From contig JAFRJZ010000005.1 of assembly GCA_017431945.1 (NCBI GenBank), forward strand, positions 14,259-78,258: a stretch of 64,000 bases of DNA, in the 5' to 3' direction. Numbering within the stretch: the first letter of the stretch is position 1; the number at the start of each line of letters is the position of its first letter. Of this stretch, positions 27,787 through 36,263 are shown piece after piece. The DNA is from Candidatus Saccharimonadota bacterium. Lineage in GTDB: Bacteria > Patescibacteriota > Saccharimonadia > Saccharimonadales > Saccharimonadaceae. The notes under the pieces are model-generated. The model searched no databases, was not told the DNA's origin, and was given only the letters and a program-made list of their open reading frames with translations. The position numbers and the translations under genes are program-made.

Positions 27787-30732
27787 TTAGACGCCAAGGG
27801 CGCGACGGATACCAGGGCGCATACCGCTGAGGGCGCTGGGGTTGGTGGCTTTGATACGTTCGAGATCGGCGACAACACCCTTTTTTTCCATGATTTTACG
27901 AAATTCAGCAAGAGCGGCATTTTCGTCACCACCTTTTTGATACTGGAGCTGAGCAATGACGGCTTTGAAGGCATCAGTCTTGAAACCAATAACGTTTTCG
28001 GTAGTCATCATTTTAAGATAAATTTCAGTGCGGTCTTTATGTTCGGCAAGTTTCTCGGGGGTGAGCTTATCAGTAGGAATATCCCAAGTATCGGTTTCGG
28101 TGTGATATTTGGCGCCAGTGATGAAGTTAGCGGTATTAACCATTTGTTCGCTACCAGATGAGAAAGAACTGATAGCACTAATGAGACTAGGTGTCATGTT
28201 GCGGAAGAGGAGGTCGCGAGCTTTTTTGGCTTGACTAGCGCTGCCGTCAAAGTTTTCAGCAACTAAGTATTTGTCGATATCGTGTTCAAGGCCGCTATAG
28301 AAGGTACGATCAATTTCTTTGAGGCTGGTGCCTTGGAGGAGACCTTGGGCATTAAATTTAGTGGGCTGACCACTAGCATCTTTACCAGTAAAGTATTCTT
28401 TCATAGTGACGGTATTAGTGTCGCGATCACCGTTGGTGTATCTCCAAGTCTCGACGTTAATATGTTTGCCGAGACGGCCAAGGCTAGGTGCGGCATTTTT
28501 CATACCTAAGAGGTTAAGAGCAAGGACGTTAGCAAAGTCGGTGTTGAGTTCGAGATAACCCTCTTGGTCCATATATTCGCCGAGCTTCTTCTCAATTTTA
28601 TCGTAATCGCCGCGTTTGGCGGTGATATTTTGAGCGGCGACGATACCCTCGATATTTTTGCTGGCAAGCATTTGGTCGTAGACTTTATCAACTTCAAAGC
28701 TGACTTGTTTGTCAAGGTAGGTAGTGTATTTAGCGGTATTGATAGCGCGTTCTTTTTCAATCATATCGTAAGCGTCGGCGACGACTGAGGTGGTAGCGTC
28801 AAAGCGAGTTTTCTCGGCATCAGCGCGAGCTTGGCCGGTGAGACTACTATCGACAAAGGCGTCAGCACCAGCACCGGCTTCGATGAAGCGACGATAGGCA
28901 TCGGGATTTTTGAGAGTGCCATCGCTGTGACGCTCGGCGGCTTTTTGAAGTTCGCCGAAGTAGTAGCGCTTATCGCTGAGATCATTACGACGAGCAGCAG
29001 ACTTCAGGGTTTCATTGTCGAGATAATTTTGAGCCTGTTGGTCGGCGATTGAGCGCAGACGAGTGTCAGTAATGTTGTGCTGAGTGAGATAGGTACCCAT
29101 GGAGCCAATAGCATTTTCGGCAGCTTGGTGAGTATTTTCGGCATTAAAGGCGGCGGCGCGAGTAAGTAGATTATCACGCATGTAACGGTTGGATTTGACG
29201 AGATCTTCACCAGTTTTAGGATCTTTAGCATAAATAGCGCGGCCAGTTTGCTTATCAAAACCAGTAATTTGTTTGCCCATGGATTGAGCTTCGAGCTGCT
29301 GCTTGAGACGAACATTAGTAAGATCTTCGTATTGTTTGAGTTGCTCGGCATTTCTAGCGCGATAATTTGCGATAGCACCACTAAGAGAACGACCAGTAAC
29401 TGGACGAACAAAGCGACGCCTGCCATCAGTGCCACGCTGAATAGGGTTACGAAAAGTTAGAGGATTTTGCAGGCCTTTGGCGGTATGGCGGGCGCGAGCG
29501 GTAGCTTGGCGACTGGCTGAAAAATTGCGGGCGCCACCATGGAGACTATTACCAGCACGATTAGCAAGGTTACCAGCGCGGTCAAGGAAAGTGCCAGAAG
29601 TTTTCATTAATGGAAGAGCGAGACAGAGAGGAATAATTTGAACAGCCATGCCAATAACAACCCAAAAAGCATTTTGAGCAGAGGAAATTAAAATCCAACC
29701 GATTAAACTAGAAGCGCCAAATAAGAGACTGAACATAGGATAAAAAACAAGCATGGTAGTGAAAAGTTTGCGCCAACTATCAAATAACCTACTGGTATTA
29801 GGTAGGAGATAAGCAACAAAAGCAAGGGGGGCAATCATGACAAGGATAACTACAAGAGCTTGACGCAAAGAAATCATGATAAGAGCAATAATAATAGAGA
29901 TGATAGCGCCAATGATGACCGGAATGAGTAACCAGAGGAGGCCGATAATACCACCAGATAAGGAAGCGGCAAGAGCGCCAATGCCAACAACGCCAACACC
30001 AGTGAGTATTCCGCCAGCGATTTCGCTCCAAGATAAATGAGAAGCTTCACCGTTATTGCCAACGACGGTTTCGGTGATATGATCGAAGAAACCGACTAGA
30101 CTACTACCGATGATATTACTAATATCGACAGCAAACGAACAGATGATATAACTGAGGTTGACGAGAATGGCGGCGATAATGATTTTAGGTAAAGTCTTTT
30201 TGACACCATAGTTACTGATACCAAGGCCGGTGATTTGTGAATAGACGATAATAAGGATAAAAATGATAAAAACGACATTAGTAATACCGCGAGCGTATTC
30301 CCAAACTTGATAGATAGGAGAGTCGGCATCGGTAGAGATGGGCTTGACGACGAGAAAATCCTCGATGATGTTGTAGGCAGCGTCAACGGCTTTGGCAATG
30401 GTTTTGATGGTAGGACAGACTATCCAGCTAATAGCACCAGCTTGATCATAACAGTTAGGGGCGGAGGAATTTTTTTCAGAGTTTTCTTCGGAGTTTTCTG
30501 TGGAATTTTCGTTATTAGTGTTATTAGCGTCGTTGTTATTGTTAGTATCGGTATTTTCGGTAGTATCGCTAGTTTCGGAGGTGTTTTCGGAATTATTTTC
30601 GGAATTGGTGGAGTTTGATAAATCTTCGGGAGCGGCAATAACAGGGGTGGACGAGAATAATACTAGAGAACCAAAAAGCAAACCAAGCAGCGCCAGGAAT
30701 AACTTCGGCAGTTTAGTTTGTCGTTTTATCAT
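27787..30732 (-). CDS. Large polytopic T4SS membrane protein (VirB6/TrbL-like core) with a ~550-aa C-terminal soluble domain
   Basis: It has a signal peptide, an Asn/Glu/Ser/Thr low-complexity tract and ~8 TM helices (aa ~150-400), followed by a long hydrophilic helical region. The assignment rests on topology and context, not on a motif. Confidence 0.5.
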   Translation of the reverse strand: MIKRQTKLPKLFLALLGLLFGSLVLFSSTPVIAAPEDLSNSTNSENNSENTSETSDTTENTDTNNNNDANNTNNENSTENSEENSEKNSSAPNCYDQAGAISWIVCPTIKTIAKAVDAAYNIIEDFLVVKPISTDADSPIYQVWEYARGITNVVFIIFILIIVYSQITGLGISNYGVKKTLPKIIIAAILVNLSYIICSFAVDISNIIGSSLVGFFDHITETVVGNNGEASHLSWSEIAGGILTGVGVVGIGALAASLSGGIIGLLWLLIPVIIGAIISIIIALIMISLRQALVVILVMIAPLAFVAYLLPNTSRLFDSWRKLFTTMLVFYPMFSLLFGASSLIGWILISSAQNAFWVVIGMAVQIIPLCLALPLMKTSGTFLDRAGNLANRAGNSLHGGARNFSASRQATARARHTAKGLQNPLTFRNPIQRGTDGRRRFVRPVTGRSLSGAIANYRARNAEQLKQYEDLTNVRLKQQLEAQSMGKQITGFDKQTGRAIYAKDPKTGEDLVKSNRYMRDNLLTRAAAFNAENTHQAAENAIGSMGTYLTQHNITDTRLRSIADQQAQNYLDNETLKSAARRNDLSDKRYYFGELQKAAERHSDGTLKNPDAYRRFIEAGAGADAFVDSSLTGQARADAEKTRFDATTSVVADAYDMIEKERAINTAKYTTYLDKQVSFEVDKVYDQMLASKNIEGIVAAQNITAKRGDYDKIEKKLGEYMDQEGYLELNTDFANVLALNLLGMKNAAPSLGRLGKHINVETWRYTNGDRDTNTVTMKEYFTGKDASGQPTKFNAQGLLQGTSLKEIDRTFYSGLEHDIDKYLVAENFDGSASQAKKARDLLFRNMTPSLISAISSFSSGSEQMVNTANFITGAKYHTETDTWDIPTDKLTPEKLAEHKDRTEIYLKMMTTENVIGFKTDAFKAVIAQLQYQKGGDENAALAEFRKIMEKKGVVADLERIKATNPSALSGMRPGIRRALGV

Positions 30733-30866
30733 CTCTATAATAACTCCTTAGAGCTTATATCTTAATTATAGCACACATAAGCAAAATAGTCAACAGTTAT
30801 GACATATTTTACCCCAGTAAGTTTTGTGCTGGTATTTTAGAGAAAATGATGATATGATTATAACAT

Positions 30867-31307
30867 ATGAAACAGAAAATTCTGCTATTTGTTGGTATCG
30901 TGATAATGGGGGCGATGGCGTTTAGTTTGATACCGGAACCAGTGATGGCGGCGAATAGTTCTGGTGATTGTAAACAAGGTGGTTTTTTAGGGTTTAGGGC
31001 TTGGTATGATGGTCTGCCATGTGAAGACGGTGCAATTAAAGCGCCAAAGGGTGATACTAGTGGCGCTTCAATTGCAGGATTTGTATGGACAATTGTAGCA
31101 AATGTATTAGTAGATTTGTTTATGGTGGTAGGTTTCTTGGCCGTAGGTTTCTTGATGTATGGCGGATATCTCTATATCATGTCAAATGGTGATCCAGGGA
31201 AAGTAGCAAGCGGAATGAAGACAATTAAAGCGGCAATAATTGGATTAATTATTGCAATACTGGCGAACGTAATTATTAGAACGATATTGGTAATACTAGG
31301 AGTGTAA
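30867..31307 (+). CDS. T4SS pilin-like protein (VirB2/TrbC-type), paralog 1
   Basis: Signal/TM, then the two-helix module ...YGGYLYIMSNGDPGKVASGMKTIKAAIIGLIIAILAN... Confidence 0.6.
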   Translation: MKQKILLFVGIVIMGAMAFSLIPEPVMAANSSGDCKQGGFLGFRAWYDGLPCEDGAIKAPKGDTSGASIAGFVWTIVANVLVDLFMVVGFLAVGFLMYGGYLYIMSNGDPGKVASGMKTIKAAIIGLIIAILANVIIRTILVILGV

Positions 31308-31308
31308 A

Positions 31309-31596
31309 ATGGAAATAATGAAGTTTTTAGGAGATTTGCCAGGGCTAGGACCGATTCCTAAGAAGGATTGGAGTAGCGCTAGTGCAGTAACGACATTTTT
31401 CCAGGTAGGCATTGCAGCGGCTGGATTGGTAGCGGTGGCATTTATCGTAATAAACGCAATCCAAATGGCAACATCAAATGGTGATCCAGGAAAAGTAAAA
31501 AAAGCGCGCGAGGGGATTTTGTATTCAGTAATTGGCTTGATAATTGTAATAATGGCAGAAGCGATAATATTCTTTGTGTCAAGTAATGTGGAGTAA
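31309..31596 (+). CDS. T4SS pilin-like protein, paralog 2
   Basis: ...INAIQMATSNGDPGKVKKAREGILYSVIGLIIVIMAEAIIFF... Same module as the neighbouring paralogs. Confidence 0.6.
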   Translation: MEIMKFLGDLPGLGPIPKKDWSSASAVTTFFQVGIAAAGLVAVAFIVINAIQMATSNGDPGKVKKAREGILYSVIGLIIVIMAEAIIFFVSSNVE

Positions 31597-31599
31597 AAA

Positions 31600-31941
31600 A
31601 TGAAGGAAAAAATTTTTGAAATGATGGCTGCTTATAAGGATCCAGCGTGCGATAGTTTAACAGATGAAGCACAAAAGAGTGCAGCAGGTTGTGATTTAGG
31701 AAAAAATGCGAATGCTTTTGCTTCTTTTCAAAATATAATTTATGTGATGATTGGTGTAACGGCGGTAATAGCGGTAGCTATGATTGTTATTGGTGGTATA
31801 AATTATACAACAAGTGCTGGGGATGGGGCGAAGGCTAAAAAAGCCAAAGATACGATTTTGTACGGTGTAATTGGTTTGATAATTGCGATTATGGCATTCG
31901 CAATTATAACCTTTGTGACAGGTGCGATAAAGATAAGTTAG
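31600..31941 (+). CDS. T4SS pilin-like protein, paralog 3
   Basis: ...GGINYTTSAGDGAKAKKAKDTILYGVIGLIIAIMAFAIITFV... Confidence 0.65.
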   Translation: MKEKIFEMMAAYKDPACDSLTDEAQKSAAGCDLGKNANAFASFQNIIYVMIGVTAVIAVAMIVIGGINYTTSAGDGAKAKKAKDTILYGVIGLIIAIMAFAIITFVTGAIKIS

Positions 31942-32007
31942 GGTTGATTTTTAAATATAAGTGTGATATATTAAAAATAGCTAATAAATAATAGGAGTTA
32001 CAAGACT

Positions 32008-32397
32008 ATGAAGAAATTAATACTGAGCACAATGATGGCTGTGATGACAGTACTAGGCTTAGGTGGTGTGGCGATGCTTTCGCCGGTGTATGCGGCGCAA
32101 GATGGCGCCAAAAAAGGCACAGAATACATGGGTGAAGCTGGCGCAAAAGACCAAGAAACTGATGTCATGAGTATTGTGACGGTTGGTATTAATGTGGTGC
32201 TTGGTTTAATTGCGTTGGCAGCAGTAATTATGATTATTATTGGTGGTCTTAATTACACCACTTCGCAAGGCGAAGCGACTAAAGTAAAGAAAGCTAAGGA
32301 TACAATTCTCTACGGTGTAATTGGTTTAGTGATTGCACTTCTAGCTTTCGCGATTGTGAACTTTGTACTTGGACAAGTATTTGGTAGTGAGATATAA
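32008..32397 (+). CDS. T4SS pilin-like protein, paralog 4
   Basis: Signal peptide ending VYA-AQ, then ...GGLNYTTSQGEATKVKKAKDTILYGVIGLVIALLAFAIVNFVLG... Confidence 0.65.
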   Translation: MKKLILSTMMAVMTVLGLGGVAMLSPVYAAQDGAKKGTEYMGEAGAKDQETDVMSIVTVGINVVLGLIALAAVIMIIIGGLNYTTSQGEATKVKKAKDTILYGVIGLVIALLAFAIVNFVLGQVFGSEI

Positions 32398-32459
32398 AAT
32401 ATAAAAAATAAAAGCCCCGAAGAGTTTCTTTTGGGACTTTTTTGTGATATGATATTAGT

Positions 32460-32909
32460 ATGAAGAAAATTATAAAAATAAAGACAATTTTATTAGTTTT
32501 AGCGATGATGTTTTTGGGCGCAGGAATAATGATTCCTAGTGTTAGTGCCGTAAGTTGTCCGAGTGACTCGATTAATGGTTCGGCAGATAGTTTGGCGGAA
32601 TGTAACATAGAAAAAGATGATAGTTTTTGGCCAACAATAACAACCATTATAAATGTGGTGTTGGGATTGATAGCAGTAATAGCGGTGATTATGATTATCA
32701 TTGGCGGTATTGAGTATACAGTATCACGAGGAGATGCGACTAAAACTAAAAAAGGTAGAGATACCATTATTTATAGTGTGATTGGCTTGGTGATAGCATT
32801 GCTGTCATTTGCGGTTGTGAACTTTGTATTAAGAGAAGTGTTTGATAGCGGCATCAAGAATAAGAGTAGTTACATAGAAGTTATTAACACAACAGAACGA
32901 ATAGGATAG
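32460..32909 (+). CDS. T4SS pilin-like protein, paralog 5
   Basis: Signal peptide, then ...GGIEYTVSRGDATKTKKGRDTIIYSVIGLVIALLSFAVVNFVL... Confidence 0.65.
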   Translation: MKKIIKIKTILLVLAMMFLGAGIMIPSVSAVSCPSDSINGSADSLAECNIEKDDSFWPTITTIINVVLGLIAVIAVIMIIIGGIEYTVSRGDATKTKKGRDTIIYSVIGLVIALLSFAVVNFVLREVFDSGIKNKSSYIEVINTTERIG

Positions 32910-32931
32910 GTTCTCTTTTAAAATTTAGAAA

Positions 32932-32959
32932 AATACCGCCCTGCGAGGAGGCGGTATTT
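32932..32959. terminator. Bidirectional stem-loop between pilin paralog 5 and hsp20
   Basis: aataccgcc-ctgcgagga-ggcggtatt, flanked by an A-run and a T-run. Confidence 0.6.
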
Positions 32960-32980
32960 TGATATTTCGGCCTAGGTGAA

Positions 32981-33499
32981 TTATTGAACCTTGATTTTGA
33001 GGGCGGGTTCAACACGTTCCTTTTCAAAGGTGATAGTGAGTACGCCATCTTTGAGTTCGGCTTTGACACTACCCTCGTCTTCTTTAACCTGAACTGGAAG
33101 AGCGATAGTACGGGAGAATTCACCCCAATAACATTCTTGGATGTGCCAACGAGTGGTGCGATCGTCTTCGCCACCGCTTAAGACGCCAGAAATCGTAAGG
33201 ATGTTTTCGGCGATGGTGACATTGAGATCGGACTTGCTGATGCCAGCAGTGCGAGCCTTGACGATTAACTTGTCGGCAGTTTCGTAAACATCAACAGCTA
33301 GCTGACCAGGAAAATCGTCGGTGGTATCAACCCACTCTTCAGAATCGGCCGAATCTGGTTCGACAGGAGTTTCTTCCTCTGGAACTGTTTCGATGTCGGC
33401 ATTAGCTTCTTGGTCGATAATAGTAGTATTGTCATTCTCTAAGAACGCGGCAGCTAATTCGTCCTCCATTAGCATGTCGTCAGTATCTTTGCGAGCCAT
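32981..33499 (-). CDS. Small heat-shock protein (Hsp20/alpha-crystallin)
   Basis: C-terminal alpha-crystallin domain (...LAVDVYETADKLIVKARTAGISKSDLNVTI...FSRTIALPVQV...AELKDGVLTITFEK). The start is set at MARKDT (33499), preceded by ggagga. The track ORF adds 5 codons. Confidence 0.85.
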   Translation of the reverse strand: MARKDTDDMLMEDELAAAFLENDNTTIIDQEANADIETVPEEETPVEPDSADSEEWVDTTDDFPGQLAVDVYETADKLIVKARTAGISKSDLNVTIAENILTISGVLSGGEDDRTTRWHIQECYWGEFSRTIALPVQVKEDEGSVKAELKDGVLTITFEKERVEPALKIKVQ

Positions 33500-33569
33500 A
33501 TATTTTTCCTCCACTTTAAAACTCTTGTTATGCTTTATTATAAACAGGTTTTATAGTAAAATCAAGCAA

Positions 33570-34364
33570 ATGAGCGACTTTATTGTAAAAAATACAACAA
33601 GTGTCAGTATCTTAGACCTGTTTTGCCCCCACTTCTGTAGGGGTTGTGGATGTCTGGGGAGGCCGTTTTGTAAGTGTTGTAAAAATTACATCGTTCGGAC
33701 CTATGTTAATTATTGTCCGGCTTGTTATGAGCCGAGCGAGGGTAAATGTACGGATTGTGAATTGCCGTTTGACGGACTATATATGGTGGGGTGGCGAGAT
33801 ACGGAAATCGGTGAACTGGTAGAGGAATATAAATATCAGTCGGTGCGAAGTGCGGGAAGCGATTTGGCGGAAATGTTGGATGCAGTGATTCCCTGCTTAA
33901 AAGGTGAGGTGGTGGTAGTGCCACTGCCAACGATTCGTAAGCATATTAGGGCGCGGGGGTTTGATCATACTAAGGCGGTGGCGCGAAAATTGGCAAGAAG
34001 GCGGGGATGGAAAATGCAGAGTGTACTAGTGAGAGCTCAGGATACGGTACAGGTGGGAGCGGATAATGAGCAGAGAAAAAAGCAGGCGAGTGAAGCGTTT
34101 GAGCTGAAGGGTGAGATTTGTCGAGATGTGACTTATTTGTTATTTGATGATATTTGGACGACGGGGGCGAGTATGATGGCGGGGGCGGAGTTGTTGAAGG
34201 AAGGCGGGGCAACCAAAATAATGGGGGCGGTGATAGCGGTGAGCAGGATGAAATTAGTCGCCGGTGACGGTTTCGGTGGGAGCGGTGGTGTCGGTAGGAC
34301 TGCTAACGCCGATAGCGTTGAGGACGAAGTTGACGATCGCAAAAGCAAGGATAGCGATAATTAG
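33570..34364 (+). CDS. comFC: ComF-family phosphoribosyltransferase (ComFC)
   Basis: The start is set at MSDFIV (33570). It has an N-terminal 4-Cys zinc finger (CPHFCRGCG...CKCC / CPAC...CTDC) and a C-terminal PRTase motif LLFDDIWTTGASM. The track ORF start at 33321 is antisense to hsp20 and is rejected. The last ~37 codons overlap the convergent pilin gene. Confidence 0.8.
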   Translation: MSDFIVKNTTSVSILDLFCPHFCRGCGCLGRPFCKCCKNYIVRTYVNYCPACYEPSEGKCTDCELPFDGLYMVGWRDTEIGELVEEYKYQSVRSAGSDLAEMLDAVIPCLKGEVVVVPLPTIRKHIRARGFDHTKAVARKLARRRGWKMQSVLVRAQDTVQVGADNEQRKKQASEAFELKGEICRDVTYLLFDDIWTTGASMMAGAELLKEGGATKIMGAVIAVSRMKLVAGDGFGGSGGVGRTANADSVEDEVDDRKSKDSDN

Positions 34365-34673
34365 ACCGATGATGGCGTAAAGGATGGTGTTTTTGGCGTC
34401 GGTGACTTTTTTGTTGTCGCCACCAGAGAGGATGTAGCGAATACCACCCCAGATGAGCATAATGACTGAGACAATACCGACAATATAAAGAATAGTGTTA
34501 GAAATCTTGGTAAAAACGCCGTCGGAGCCGATAAGAAAACGGGGCATGTCGTCACCTTTGGCGGCTTCGGCGCCTTCGCGAACACCAAAGGCCATAACTT
34601 TACCTGCAGTAAGAGTGCAGGCGGTAGCGACAGCGGTTGCGGAAGTGGTAATAAACTTGGTAATTTTTTTCAT
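34254..34673 (-). CDS. T4SS pilin-like protein, paralog 6 (detached, opposite strand)
   Basis: ...WGGIRYILSGGDNKKVTDAKNTILYAIIGLIIAILAFAIVNFVLN... plus a Thr/Pro-rich C-terminal tail. Confidence 0.65.
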   Translation of the reverse strand: MKKITKFITTSATAVATACTLTAGKVMAFGVREGAEAAKGDDMPRFLIGSDGVFTKISNTILYIVGIVSVIMLIWGGIRYILSGGDNKKVTDAKNTILYAIIGLIIAILAFAIVNFVLNAIGVSSPTDTTAPTETVTGD

Positions 34674-34724
34674 ATGAAACCTCTTAGAGATAATTATAAC
34701 ACATTTTAATGGAATTCTAGAAAA

Positions 34725-34733
34725 TGTTATAAT
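34725..34733 (+). promoter_or_regulatory. Extended -10 promoter (TGtTATAAT), 6 nt upstream of the ATG at 34740
   Basis: tgt-tataat, then ttaaat, then the ATG. Confidence 0.5.
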
Positions 34734-34739
34734 TTAAAT

Positions 34740-35606
34740 ATGTTAATAAAGGAAAAAATTAGGAAGTGGTGGTGGGTAGTGCTGATGGCTGCGATGGTGG
34801 CAGTAGCGGTGTTTTTGGTAATGATGGTTCTAAATGGAAGAGGGGAGATGAAAGAAGAAGTAGTGCCGGTGGAGGAGATGGAGAGTGTCGAAGTGGCGGA
34901 GCCAGAAGAGCCAGAGGAGGAGCTGACGAGCGATTTACCGGCCAGCAGTACGGGAAATTGCACTCTGGAGTTTGGCAAGTTAGCAGTGGTGAATTATAAC
35001 TTTACGGTGGATCCAGAATTTATTGCGAAGCGAGGAGAACAATTGGTGAATATTACGGAATTGTATGGAATAAGAGAGGCACATGCTTATAATGGAGTGC
35101 CGATGCTAGATAAAGAGGCGGGAGAGCATTTGAATGAGATGCTGAATGCGTACAAGGAAGCATATCCGGGGCACGAGATGCAGACAATGTCGTGTTTTCG
35201 TAGGGTAGGAACGCAGTGTGGGAGGTTGTGTGCGGAGACGGGAAAGTCAGACCATCACTTGGGTTATACTTGTGATTTGATAGATACGGCGTATGGAAGT
35301 GAACTGGACACTGATTATTATGATGTGCATGTGGATTGGCAGTGGCTGAAGGAAAATTCGTATAAGTATGGATTTATTGACCGTTATCCAGAGGAATGGG
35401 CGGGAGGCTCAATGTTGGAACCGATAAATGTGGACGAAAATGGCTCAACGGGGTTGTATGAAACTTGGCACTATCGTTATGTGGGGATAAAGGCGGCGAC
35501 TGAGATAGCGGAGGGCAAGTATAATGACGGTAAATATGATTCGTTAGAACATTATCTAAAAGAGCGGGGACTGGTGACGGATTTGATAGGCAATGTGTGT
35601 AGATAA
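34740..35606 (+). CDS. Membrane-anchored D-alanyl-D-alanine carboxypeptidase (VanY / peptidase M15B-like)
   Basis: N-terminal TM. SDHHLGYTCDL matches the SxHxxGxAxD zinc-ligand block of M15B, and WHYRYVG is the C-terminal His block. Confidence 0.75.
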   Translation: MLIKEKIRKWWWVVLMAAMVAVAVFLVMMVLNGRGEMKEEVVPVEEMESVEVAEPEEPEEELTSDLPASSTGNCTLEFGKLAVVNYNFTVDPEFIAKRGEQLVNITELYGIREAHAYNGVPMLDKEAGEHLNEMLNAYKEAYPGHEMQTMSCFRRVGTQCGRLCAETGKSDHHLGYTCDLIDTAYGSELDTDYYDVHVDWQWLKENSYKYGFIDRYPEEWAGGSMLEPINVDENGSTGLYETWHYRYVGIKAATEIAEGKYNDGKYDSLEHYLKERGLVTDLIGNVCR

Positions 35607-35645
35607 TTTATTATTATAGTGTAATTGTGCTATAATGGTAATTAT

Positions 35646-35738
35646 GGAGGGTTACCCAAGTGGCTGAAGGGGACGGTTTGCTAAATCGTTAGTCTGGGGA
35701 AACCTGGAGCGGGAGTTCGAATCTCCCACCCTCCGCCA
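35646..35738 (+). tRNA. tRNA-Ser (anticodon GCT), class II with a long variable arm; CCA encoded
   Basis: Manual fold: acceptor ggagggt/accctcc, anticodon stem acggt/atcgt with loop ttGCTaa, T-arm gggag-ttcgaat-ctccc. A TGcTATAAT promoter lies at 35628-35636. Confidence 0.9.
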
Positions 35739-35744
35739 AAAGTT

Positions 35745-36212
35745 ATGACAGAAAATATTAACGATATTAGATGGGAAGCACACGAATATATCCAGCGTGA
35801 TAAGAACGCAGGATGGTATGTGGCAATGGTATTGATTGCGGCGGCGATAGTGGCCTTGGCAGTGTGGCGAGGCTGGTGGACTTTTGCGGCCTTAATAGTG
35901 GTGTGTGTAATTGCACTGATTTTGTATTCGGTGCGCCCGCCCCGTAAATTGCACTATGTTTTGAATAAGGAAGGATTAAAAGAGGAGAATAAATTATATA
36001 AATTTGAAGATTTTAAGGCATTTGGAATAGATAAGGACGATAAATATTATGCGATAGTTTTGATATCAAAAAAGCGGTTTTCGCCACGCGTGAGGGTATA
36101 TTTTCCTCAAGAAAGCGGTGAACAAATTATAGATATGTTTGGGATGAGGTTGCCAATGGAGGAGGTGAAGCCGGATTTTGTGGATAAAATTGTAAAACTC
36201 TTGCGCATTTAA
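35745..36212 (+). CDS. Hypothetical membrane protein (two TM helices)
   Basis: 155 aa. The hydrophobic hairpin is WYVAMVLIAAAIVALAVW...FAALIVVCVIALILY. No family recognised. Confidence 0.5.
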   Translation: MTENINDIRWEAHEYIQRDKNAGWYVAMVLIAAAIVALAVWRGWWTFAALIVVCVIALILYSVRPPRKLHYVLNKEGLKEENKLYKFEDFKAFGIDKDDKYYAIVLISKKRFSPRVRVYFPQESGEQIIDMFGMRLPMEEVKPDFVDKIVKLLRI

Positions 36213-36263
36213 AAAATATGGTGTATAATAAAGCATAAGTAATTTTAATAAATAAGGTGGGCT

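Noticed and set aside
33321-33569. An N-terminal extension of comFC (track ORF start at 33321).
   Set aside because: It is Ser-rich low-complexity translation antisense to hsp20. The zinc-finger ComF N-terminus begins at the ATG at 33570.
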